Source: Bacteroidota bacterium (GTDB taxonomy: Bacteria; Bacteroidota; Rhodothermia; Rhodothermales; UBA10348). Taken from it: DNA of 64,000 nt. Each line of letters opens with the position of its first letter. The stretch's first letter is position 1. Made by a program: the position numbers and the translations under genes. Shown one piece after another: positions 1-8,564 of the stretch. Under the pieces are notes generated by a model, which saw only the letters and a program-made list of their open reading frames with translations, did no database searches and was not told the origin of the DNA. The stretch is from assembly GCA_027622005.1 (NCBI GenBank), contig JAQBZH010000001.1, positions 124,473-188,472 of the forward strand, given 5' to 3'.

Positions 1-500
1 GCAGCATAAATTCGATTTTCGCCACCCCAGATCCCAATAATGAAATACATCGGAATGAGAGTCAGCTCAAAAAAGATGTAAAACAAAAAGATATCAAACG
101 ACGCAAAAACACCCGTAACTCCCGTCTGAAGAACCAAAAGGAGGGTGTAGTACGGCTTATGGTGCTTGCCGATGTAGGTCCAAGACGATAGCACGACGAT
201 CGGGCCTAAGAGTGTCGTCAGCATGATTAGGAGCAAATTCAAACCATCAATACCGACAAAGTATTTGATGTCGAACTGGCCCGGAAACCAGCTACTGCTC
301 AGGTCTGCCAATTGAGGAGCGGCAGCCGTCGAGATGGCCGGATCAAATCCAAGAAATAGTCCAATCGAGACCATAAAAGTGATCAAAGTGACGCCGAGAG
401 CCGACCATTTGATTGCCTTTTCGTTCGGGGCCAACAACGTCAGTAATGCACCTATAAGGGGCAGAAAGATGACGATGGAAGTAATATTCGGGATGTTCAT
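1..500 (-). CDS. nuoM: NADH-quinone oxidoreductase subunit M (N-terminal part; gene continues beyond the window start)
   Basis: Not in the ORF track because the window edge truncates it. Reverse-strand ATG at 500..498. My translation MNIPNITSIVIFLPLIGALL...FDIFLFYIFFELTLIPMYFIIGIWGG matches the NuoM/Nqo13 N-terminus. It lies directly downstream of nuoL. Confidence 0.9.
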   Translation of the reverse strand, partial: MNIPNITSIVIFLPLIGALLTLLAPNEKAIKWSALGVTLITFMVSIGLFLGFDPAISTAAAPQLADLSSSWFPGQFDIKYFVGIDGLNLLLIMLTTLLGPIVVLSSWTYIGKHHKPYYTLLLVLQTGVTGVFASFDIFLFYIFFELTLIPMYFIIGIWGGENRIYA

Positions 501-535
501 GTAATCCGTAAAGGTTGCTTTCTCGTATGACCTGC

Positions 536-2539
536 TTAAAACAGCATCAGATAAATAATGAGTACCACACCGAATACGATCGCAACGGCGTACGAGTGAA
601 CGAGACCGGTCTGCATGTACCGAAGTACAAAACTAGAGCCTCGAGTGAAAAAGCCGACAGCATTGACCAACCCGTCAACTACATACTTATCGAAAGGATT
701 AAAAGCATGATGCGCACTACCAATAAGTGGCCGAACCACGGCTTTATCATAAGCTTCATCCAAGAAGTATTTTCCCTGCCAAAGCTTGTAAAGACCGCCG
801 AAACGGGCAGAAATTTTATCATCAAATCCAATTCCTTCGGATGAATACCACTTCCATCCAAGGAAAACGCCCAAAATGGCAATCAAGGAGCCAATCGCGA
901 TCAGCGCCCATTCCAATCCATGTGAAACGTGGGTATGAGCGGCAAATTCAGCGACGGGACCACCTTCTCCTGCCAACCAATGATGAATCCAGTTTACATC
1001 GCCCAAAACGGCAGGCAATCCGATATAACCACCAACGGTTGCCAATGCGGCCAAAACCCACAAAGGTAGCGTCATGGTCCAAGGCGATTCGTGCGGGTGA
1101 ATCGAGTCTGAATGGGGCCAGCGCGGGGATCCTTCAAACGTCAGTACATAGGCCCGGGTCATATAAATGGCAGTCAAGAAAGCCGTAATTATGCCGACCC
1201 CGTACACAAACCAACCAACCAAATGTCCATCATAGCCGAATTCGAAAGCCTTGAATAGAATTTCGTCTTTTGAAAAGAACCCAGACAAAAGCGGGATACC
1301 AGCAATGGCCAGCGTAGAAATCAAGAAAGTCATCCGGGTTGCCGGCATGTATTTCTTTAGTCCACCCATGGTACGCATGTCTTGTGGGTCAAGGGCATGT
1401 CCGTGGCCATCGTGAGCTAGTTCATGCTCAACATGGTGCATGGAATGAATAACACTTCCGGAGCCAAGGAACAGACACGCTTTGAAAAATGCGTGCGTCA
1501 TGACGTGGAAAATGGCCACGTAAAACGCGCCGACACCCGTCGCCAAAAACATGTAGCCCAGCTGGGATACGGTCGAGTAAGCGAGCACCTTTTTGATGTC
1601 GTTTTGGGTGATGGCAATCGTTGCCGCCACAATCGCAGTAAGTGCACCCACGACCGTGATGATGGCCATAATGGTCGGCGCACTTAATACCAGCGGAGAC
1701 AATCGGGCCAACAAGTAGAGGCCAGATGTAACCATGGTAGCTGCATGGATCAAGGCTGAAACCGGGGTCGGCCCGGCCATAGCGTCAGGCAGCCAGGTAA
1801 ACAATGGGATCTGAGCGCTTTTACCCGTTGCTCCGATAAACAGCAACAAAACGGTCCAGTTGATCCAAGTTTGATCCATTCCAGGACCGCCGGCTAAAAC
1901 GGCGTCGAAATTCAATGAGCCGACTTCTTTGAACAAAATGAACATCGCAATCAGGAATGCGAAGTCTCCTATCCGGTTCATGATGAACGCTTTGTTGGCT
2001 GCCGCGCTGTTCTTTAAGTCTTTGTACCAGAAACCAATCAGCAGGTAAGAACACAGACCCACGCCTTCCCAGCCCAAGAACAATACTACCAAGTTGTTAC
2101 CCAACACGAGGCTGAGCATCATGAAGATGAACAGGTTTAAATAAGCGAAAAATCGCCAAAAACCGTCATCACCATGCATGTAGCCGGTGGCATACAGGTG
2201 GATCAGACCGCCAACGCCGGTAATAATCAACGTCATTAAGAGAGACAATTGATCAATTCGGAAGGCAAAATCGATGGTCAAATCTCCGGCCTGCATCCAA
2301 GTAAATGCTTGGACGATGATCGGATCTCCATGAAATCCGACAAATAAGTACACAGCAATAAAAAACGGAATGGCTACCATTGAGGTGGCTACCATTCCGA
2401 TCAGTCCTTCGTTTTTCCGGTAAGAAGGCGCGAAAAGACCCACGAGGCCGTTAAACGCAGCTCCAACTAAAGGAAGAAGAATTACAAGTTTTATTAAAAA
2501 GTCAGGCTGCATCGGGCGGCTGAGATTGATAACGCACAC
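536..2539 (-). CDS. nuoL: NADH-quinone oxidoreductase subunit L
   Basis: 667-aa polytopic ORF with NuoL/Nqo12 hallmarks (WEGVGLCSYLLIGFW; GKSAQIPLFTWLPDAMAGPTPVSALIHAATMV). The true start is probably the internal MQPDFL at 2512. Confidence 0.95.
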   Translation of the reverse strand: MCVINLSRPMQPDFLIKLVILLPLVGAAFNGLVGLFAPSYRKNEGLIGMVATSMVAIPFFIAVYLFVGFHGDPIIVQAFTWMQAGDLTIDFAFRIDQLSLLMTLIITGVGGLIHLYATGYMHGDDGFWRFFAYLNLFIFMMLSLVLGNNLVVLFLGWEGVGLCSYLLIGFWYKDLKNSAAANKAFIMNRIGDFAFLIAMFILFKEVGSLNFDAVLAGGPGMDQTWINWTVLLLFIGATGKSAQIPLFTWLPDAMAGPTPVSALIHAATMVTSGLYLLARLSPLVLSAPTIMAIITVVGALTAIVAATIAITQNDIKKVLAYSTVSQLGYMFLATGVGAFYVAIFHVMTHAFFKACLFLGSGSVIHSMHHVEHELAHDGHGHALDPQDMRTMGGLKKYMPATRMTFLISTLAIAGIPLLSGFFSKDEILFKAFEFGYDGHLVGWFVYGVGIITAFLTAIYMTRAYVLTFEGSPRWPHSDSIHPHESPWTMTLPLWVLAALATVGGYIGLPAVLGDVNWIHHWLAGEGGPVAEFAAHTHVSHGLEWALIAIGSLIAILGVFLGWKWYSSEGIGFDDKISARFGGLYKLWQGKYFLDEAYDKAVVRPLIGSAHHAFNPFDKYVVDGLVNAVGFFTRGSSFVLRYMQTGLVHSYAVAIVFGVVLIIYLMLF

Positions 2540-2562
2540 AAAAAGGGTGCATCCGGTTACTA

Positions 2563-2868
2563 CTAATATTTGAACAGGTTAATTTTGGTCACGTCTACCG
2601 TCAGTTTGCCTCGGAAGATGGCAATGATTAAGGCCAAACCGACGGCGGCCTCGGCGGCCGCTACTGACATGACAAAAAACACCAATATTTGCCCGGAAAC
2701 ATCACCCAAATACTGGCTAAATGCCACAAGGGTAATATTTACCGAGTTTAACATCAGTTCGACGCACATCAACATCATGATGGCATTTCGACGAAACAGA
2801 AAGCCAAGAACACCCATTGTAAACAACAGGGCACTAAGCGTCAGGTACCAGTTAAGTGTGATTTCCAT
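2563..2868 (-). CDS. nuoK: NADH-quinone oxidoreductase subunit K
   Basis: 101-aa protein with 3 TM helices, typical NuoK/Nqo11 size and sequence ([19 protein letters not shown]...[12 protein letters not shown]). It sits between nuoJ and nuoL. Confidence 0.95.
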   Translation of the reverse strand: MEITLNWYLTLSALLFTMGVLGFLFRRNAIMMLMCVELMLNSVNITLVAFSQYLGDVSGQILVFFVMSVAAAEAAVGLALIIAIFRGKLTVDVTKINLFKY

Positions 2869-2886
2869 TTTTATAGGAATAGAAGC

Positions 2887-3402
2887 CTATACGGGCTTGC
2901 GTTTTGCAATAACGACGGCGCCAATGGTGGCGGCTAAAAGCAATATGCCGATGATCTCAAGAGGCATCGCATAAACGGTAAATAATGCTTTCCCGAGGTT
3001 GGTCACGGAGCCGTTCTCGGCCGCGGCAGCAAGGGAAGGAGGATTTGGAAGCATGTCAAGCGCATTGGCACTGATAAACGTGAGCATCGAGAGTAGTCCC
3101 ATACCCATAGTAAAAGCGATAATCCTGCGCCATTCAACCTTTTTTAAATCAGGTAGCTCGGCCAAATTCAACAACATGATCACGAATACGAACAGCACCA
3201 TAATGGCACCAGCGTATACCAAAACCTGAATAACTGCGATAAATTCGGCATTGAGGGTCAAATACAGACCTGCCACGCAGAACAAGTTGAGGATTAACCA
3301 AAGCGCGCTTGAGACTGGGTTTTTAGAAAGAAGCATTCCAAGCGCGGCCGCTAAAGCTACGATCGCAAACACAAAAAACATGATCGGTGCAGTCATAAGC
3401 AT
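2887..3402 (-). CDS. nuoJ: NADH-quinone oxidoreductase subunit J
   Basis: 171-aa membrane protein, NuoJ/Nqo10-like (VLVYAGAIMVLFVFVIMLL). It is the first gene of the J-K-L-M run. About 370 bp of non-coding sequence lies upstream. Confidence 0.9.
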   Translation of the reverse strand: MLMTAPIMFFVFAIVALAAALGMLLSKNPVSSALWLILNLFCVAGLYLTLNAEFIAVIQVLVYAGAIMVLFVFVIMLLNLAELPDLKKVEWRRIIAFTMGMGLLSMLTFISANALDMLPNPPSLAAAAENGSVTNLGKALFTVYAMPLEIIGILLLAATIGAVVIAKRKPV

Positions 3403-3773
3403 GGGTTATGAATAATCCGGCCTAATAAAATCACATCAGGCCTAAGTAATCTTCGCGGCGCAAATTAGTTAAGGAGCGAGGGATCAGCAAGATAAGATCC
3501 GATAAAGACGGTGCTTCATTTTTAATCCGCATTCGGCCGTTCCTTTTGACCAGCGAAATGGAGAGGACTGGACGATTTGCAGTAGGAAAGATGATTTGGA
3601 TTAATAATCCTACCGTAATACTTGAGCCGATGGAGCTTTTTGGTGTAAACTCGCCGGTTCCGTTTTTTGAAGTCGGGTGAAATTCATCATTGTTCTTCCA
3701 TTCTTGGCGCTGGAGAAACCACCACTCTAACCCGGAAAGGCTTGTTTCAATCTAAAAACAATCTCAAGCTGCT

Positions 3774-5174
3774 TTGACCGCTGAAAAGATAACATTAAGG
3801 GACCTTCGCGAGCCGCTCGCAGCAAAAGCGAACCAAGCACTAGGAAGAACAAGTGCTGTGTCTTGGTCATCTGAGTTAGCCGAACGGTTTCAGACGCTGG
3901 CGCTCGCGCACACGGGCCCTGACGCTCGTGAGGCCATGGTTCTCAACGTTCCGGGACGTATTGAAGTCCTAGGGAAACACACGGACTACGCCGGAGGCCC
4001 CAGCCTCACCTGCGCTTCGAGTCTTTCCATGGCAGCTGTGGTAACCACCCACGATCAGCCATTTTTATTGGTCGTGGACGCGGCTCGAGGCACGCAGGTT
4101 GAATTTCCTTACGATAACCCGCTCCCGACTGAAGGACAGTCCTGGACCTTGTACGTTTGCGCCGTTTTAAAGCGTTTAATTCGGCATTTCGGCACACCTG
4201 AGAGAGGTGTTTCGATCGTTTTGAGTAGTCAACTGCCAAGCGCTTCGGGCATGAGCTCCTCCTCGGGGCTAATTATTACCATCGCACTATCCCTTCTTGG
4301 GATGGGAAAGTTTGCCAACATTCCCCGGCGCTATGCCGTGATGTCGCGAGAACGATTTGCGGGATTCGCCGGAGCACTTGAAAGTGGCGCTGACTTTGAA
4401 GAATTGAAAGGAGACAAAGGGGTAGGCACTAAAGGTGGATCGGAGGATCATACTGCCATTTTATGTTCATCGCTGGGCGCCTTCAATTTGTACACTTATT
4501 TCCCCGTTCAGCAAGTAGGCACCGTGACGCTTCCGGGTACTGTCCGTCTAGTGGTAGCCTCTAGCGGGGTAGTGGCCAGAAAAACTGGCGAAGCGAAGGA
4601 TTCCTACAACCTAGCCAGTAGGAGGGCTCGTCGCGTCGTCCATTTATGGAATGAATCAGCACCGGAGGCGGCTTTGAATATGGGTGAGATGGTCGCGCAC
4701 GAGTCCTTTGACCGCAACCGTTTGCGCGAGGTCTTAAACTCCGATCAAGACGGAGCGCACTTATGGCATCGATTTATGCAATTTGACCAAGAAGTCAACG
4801 TCATTATTCCAGGTGCCATTGACGCCCTTCGCCGGGGCGAATGGTCTTCGTTTGGCCGATTTATCGACGAATCTCAAAAAATGGCGCACGAATGGCTCGG
4901 AAACCAAGTGCCGGAAACCAATGACTTGGTCCGTTTGGCCCGCAATTTAGGAGCTTACGGGGCCAGCGCCTTCGGCGCCGGCTTTGGAGGCGCCGTTTGG
5001 GCCATTGTTGACGGCAAAAGTGCCGAGCATTTTTGCACGCAATGGAAGACGGCCTATGCCGAAGGCTATCCAGCCAGGATGAGTGTCGCCCGGTTTTTTC
5101 TCGACCGCCCATCAGTTGCGGCAATCATCCAAGGAGCCCAAAGCTTTCGTTTTGAGATCGAAGAGGCATATTAG
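3774..5174 (+). CDS. GHMP-family sugar kinase, galactokinase-like
   Basis: 466-aa ORF with a TTG start, the first start codon after an in-frame TAA at 3753. It has a galactokinase-type signature (VPGRIEVLGKHTDYAGG) and a GHMP phosphate-binding motif (LPSASGMSSSSGL). Confidence 0.75.
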   Translation: MTAEKITLRDLREPLAAKANQALGRTSAVSWSSELAERFQTLALAHTGPDAREAMVLNVPGRIEVLGKHTDYAGGPSLTCASSLSMAAVVTTHDQPFLLVVDAARGTQVEFPYDNPLPTEGQSWTLYVCAVLKRLIRHFGTPERGVSIVLSSQLPSASGMSSSSGLIITIALSLLGMGKFANIPRRYAVMSRERFAGFAGALESGADFEELKGDKGVGTKGGSEDHTAILCSSLGAFNLYTYFPVQQVGTVTLPGTVRLVVASSGVVARKTGEAKDSYNLASRRARRVVHLWNESAPEAALNMGEMVAHESFDRNRLREVLNSDQDGAHLWHRFMQFDQEVNVIIPGAIDALRRGEWSSFGRFIDESQKMAHEWLGNQVPETNDLVRLARNLGAYGASAFGAGFGGAVWAIVDGKSAEHFCTQWKTAYAEGYPARMSVARFFLDRPSVAAIIQGAQSFRFEIEEAY

Positions 5175-5209
5175 CCCGATTGAGAAGGCCGCGGGTGCTT
5201 GCTACCCCT

Positions 5210-6979
5210 CTATTCAAACTTCAACCGGGGCCAAACTTTCCATAGTCCAAATCCGGACACAAGCGTGATACCGAATACCAAGGCAGCTGCCGGCAATTGA
5301 CCATACAATAAATATCCCGTCGTAAAAAGAGCTCCATAGATGGCTATCGCGCCGAACACCGATGCCAACAAGGCTTGTGGCAGATCAGAACCATCGCCCC
5401 GCGTATCCGTCTTGATGCTGGCCCGAACCGAGGTCCAACCAGGGCCTCCGGGCCGAATTTTAAGGTAAAAACTCTCCAGTTTGGCATTGTCGGTGGGTTT
5501 GGTGAAAAACGCAACGGCTACCCACGAAATCGTGGTTACCAATACCCCGGCCAAAAGCTGCTCCCAAGATTCCAGGCCCATCCCATCCGTGAAGGTAAAA
5601 ATGACCGCGACCGCAAAGGACACCAACATGGCGGTCAGTTCGGATGCGGCGTTGACTCTCCACCAGAACCACCGGACAATAAAGATTAGTCCCGTACCAG
5701 CGCCAATTTGAAGCACAATGTTGAATACCTGCAAGGCATTTTCAAGAAAAAGGGCTAACGTACAAGCCACTACCATTAACACTACCGTGGCAAGGCGACC
5801 CGCCCAAACTTGCTGATCTTCGGTGGCATTGGGATTGATAAATCGATGGTATAAATCATTAACGATAATGGACGAGCCCCAATTAACCTGAGACGACATA
5901 GTTGACATGTAAGCGGCGGCTAAGGAGGTCACAACGAGCCCTAAGAGCCCCGCTGGCAAATAGGTTAACATAGCAGGATACGCGAGGTCGTTACGCACCA
6001 CATGCTCAGGGACATTTGGAAAACGTTCAGCAATCGATGCTAAATCTGGAAATACAATGAGGGATGCTAATGCGATTAAAATCCAAGGCCAAGGACGTAG
6101 AGCGTAGTGCAACACATTAAACAATAAGGCAGCTCCGGCCGCTTCTTTCTCATTCCGGGCCGAAAACATACGCTGAGCAAGATATCCTCCCCCTCCAGGT
6201 TCGGCTCCAGGATAGTAGGCAGCCCACCACTGTACAGCGATCGGGATGATAAAAATGGGTATCAAATCGTTCATCGACCATTCGGTAAAAGTCGGTAGGA
6301 ATCCCATAAAAGGTTGTACAGACTCGTGCTGAATGAGCGAGGAAAGCCCTCCGATTTCTGGCAAATTAAGAATGTAAATCGTAGCCCAAATACTACCGAT
6401 CATAGCCATGGCGAACTGAATCATGTCTGTCAGAACCACGCCGCGAAGGCCACCCATCACCGAGTAAATCATGGTAATGGTAGCCGCGACCACCACCGTT
6501 TGAAGCGGGCTCCAATCCATCATCACACTTCCAATTTTGATGGCCGCCAGCGTGACGGAGGCCATAATGATGATGTTGAACAAGATCCCTAAATAAACGG
6601 CCCTAAAACCTCTCAAAAACGCGGCTATTGGCCCGGAATACCTAATTTCATAAAACTCGACGTCGGTCAGGACCCCGCTCCGACGCCAAAGTCGGGCATA
6701 TAAAAAGACGGTCAGCATCCCCGTAAGTAAAAATGCCCACCAAGTCCAGTTGCCATCGGCGCCATTCCCTCGGACGATGTCCGTCACTAAATTGGGCGTA
6801 TCCGTCGAAAAAGTGGTCGCTACCATGGAAATCCCTAAGAACCACCACGGCATAGATTGTTCAGCAAGAAAAAACGACCGGAAGCTCGAACCGGATTTTT
6901 TCGAGACCGCAAGTCCAATAACGAGCGATACAATGAAAAAAATGGCCATAATGGCCCAATCAAGCGTAGTTAGTTGCAT
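5210..6979 (-). CDS. sodium:solute symporter (SSS) family transporter
   Basis: 589-aa polytopic protein with SSS-family features (N-terminal MQLTTLDWAIMAIFF...; GGGGYLAQRMFSARNEKEA). It is convergent with the GHMP kinase and divergent from the Gfo/Idh/MocA gene. Confidence 0.85.
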   Translation of the reverse strand: MQLTTLDWAIMAIFFIVSLVIGLAVSKKSGSSFRSFFLAEQSMPWWFLGISMVATTFSTDTPNLVTDIVRGNGADGNWTWWAFLLTGMLTVFLYARLWRRSGVLTDVEFYEIRYSGPIAAFLRGFRAVYLGILFNIIIMASVTLAAIKIGSVMMDWSPLQTVVVAATITMIYSVMGGLRGVVLTDMIQFAMAMIGSIWATIYILNLPEIGGLSSLIQHESVQPFMGFLPTFTEWSMNDLIPIFIIPIAVQWWAAYYPGAEPGGGGYLAQRMFSARNEKEAAGAALLFNVLHYALRPWPWILIALASLIVFPDLASIAERFPNVPEHVVRNDLAYPAMLTYLPAGLLGLVVTSLAAAYMSTMSSQVNWGSSIIVNDLYHRFINPNATEDQQVWAGRLATVVLMVVACTLALFLENALQVFNIVLQIGAGTGLIFIVRWFWWRVNAASELTAMLVSFAVAVIFTFTDGMGLESWEQLLAGVLVTTISWVAVAFFTKPTDNAKLESFYLKIRPGGPGWTSVRASIKTDTRGDGSDLPQALLASVFGAIAIYGALFTTGYLLYGQLPAAALVFGITLVSGFGLWKVWPRLKFE

Positions 6980-7136
6980 AATGGCCTTCGTTGGTTCACG
7001 AATCGAGTATAGGAGCTTCGAATCGGTTTCCGGTCAGTTGATCTGAGTGAGTGGCACAAATGTAGCGTATCGCAGAAAGGAAAGCGACCAAAGGTGTTGA
7101 CATTCGCTCTATCCTAGCCTTACTTCGGAGGACGAT

Positions 7137-8564
7137 TTGCATTATGCACTTTTTGGACTCAAACCAATTCTCATTTCGGTGGACAGACGAAAATTTTTAA
7201 AAGCTGGGGCCCTTGCGGGCGTTGGGGCTACGGTAGTTTCAACCGAATCAATTGCCAGAGAGGTAAAAGCTAGAGCGGCAACCGTTCTTTCCGGAAAAGA
7301 CGATCGAACGGCCAGAATGGCCTTTATCGGGGTCGGACAAAGAGGCCGAAATCATCTCAACATAGTCCTTAGAAGGGACGATACCGAAGTCATTGCCATC
7401 TGTGACCTCGATCCGGAAGCAATTGCAGAATCCCAAAAAATGATTCGCCAGTTCCGAAGTAAAGATGCAGCTGTTTATACGGGAGATGAACGAGCTTTTG
7501 AAAAAATGTTGGAGCGGGACGACATTGACGGTGTCATAATCGCAACTCCCTGGCTTTGGCATTCAAAAATGGCGGTTGCCTGCATGAAAGCCGGCAAGTA
7601 TGCCGGGGTGGAGGTTTCTGCGGCGAACACGATCGACGAGTGTTGGGATCTGGTAAATACCTATGAGGCCACTGGGAAACCCTGCATGATCCTCGAAAAC
7701 GTGTGTTATCGACGAGATGTGATGGCTATTCTGAATATGGTGCGTCAAGACATGTTCGGCGAATTACTCCACCTCGAGTGTGGGTACCAGCACGACCTAA
7801 GGGAAGTCAAATTTAACAACGGCAAACAGGTGTACGGCGGGGGCGTCGAGTTCGGCGAGAACGCGATTTCCGAAGCAAAATGGCGAACGGCGCATTCGGT
7901 ACACCGCAACGGAGACTTATATCCGACCCACGGAATTGGCCCGGTGGCCGTCTATACCAATATCAACCGGGGAAATAAGTTTGTATCCCTGACATCGACG
8001 GCATCTAAGGGTCGCGGTTTGCACAACCACATTCTGAAACAAGCTGGCCGCGATCATCCAAATGCAAAAGTAGAGTTTAAACTTGGGGACGTTGTGACGA
8101 CCGTCATCCGGACCCAAAACGGGGAGTCGATCATTGTTAGCCACGACACCAACTCACCACGACCTTATTCCCTCGGTTTCAGGGTGCAGGGCACCGAAGG
8201 AATTTGGATGGACGTCAACCAATCGCTCTACATTCAAGGAGTAAGTCCGGCGGCTCATCAATGGGAAAAAGCGGCTCCGTACCTCGAAAAATATGACCAT
8301 CCCCTGTGGAAAAAGTATGCGGATCGCGCAACCGGCTCCGGACATGGGGGCATGGACTTTTTCGTAGATCACGCTTTTATCGAATCGGTCAAACGGGGTG
8401 TGGACACACCGCTGGACGCGTATGATGCTGCTGCTTGGAGCGCGATTTCGCCGCTTTCGGAAGATTCCATTGCCGCCGGTAGTGCCCCTCAAACATTCCC
8501 TGACTTCACCAGAGGGTTGTGGATGAACCGGAAACCAGTATTTGCTTTGGGTGATGATTATTGA
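7137..8564 (+). CDS. Tat-exported Gfo/Idh/MocA NAD-binding oxidoreductase, GH109-like
   Basis: It has a twin-arginine signal (DRRKFLKAGALAGVGATV) and a Rossmann motif (FIGVGQRGRNH). Size (475 aa) and architecture match GH109-type NAD-dependent glycosidases. An in-frame GTG at 7179 would give a classic MDRRKFL N-terminus. Confidence 0.8.
   Translation: MHYALFGLKPILISVDRRKFLKAGALAGVGATVVSTESIAREVKARAATVLSGKDDRTARMAFIGVGQRGRNHLNIVLRRDDTEVIAICDLDPEAIAESQKMIRQFRSKDAAVYTGDERAFEKMLERDDIDGVIIATPWLWHSKMAVACMKAGKYAGVEVSAANTIDECWDLVNTYEATGKPCMILENVCYRRDVMAILNMVRQDMFGELLHLECGYQHDLREVKFNNGKQVYGGGVEFGENAISEAKWRTAHSVHRNGDLYPTHGIGPVAVYTNINRGNKFVSLTSTASKGRGLHNHILKQAGRDHPNAKVEFKLGDVVTTVIRTQNGESIIVSHDTNSPRPYSLGFRVQGTEGIWMDVNQSLYIQGVSPAAHQWEKAAPYLEKYDHPLWKKYADRATGSGHGGMDFFVDHAFIESVKRGVDTPLDAYDAAAWSAISPLSEDSIAAGSAPQTFPDFTRGLWMNRKPVFALGDDY

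Noticed and set aside
515-2054. Several 60-150-aa ORFs on the plus strand and in alternative minus frames inside nuoL (for example 727..1188 and 1424..1687).
   Set aside because: They lie entirely within a strongly supported nuoL CDS. Their compositions are Arg/Ser/Pro-rich, as expected of shadow frames, and they contain no recognisable motifs.
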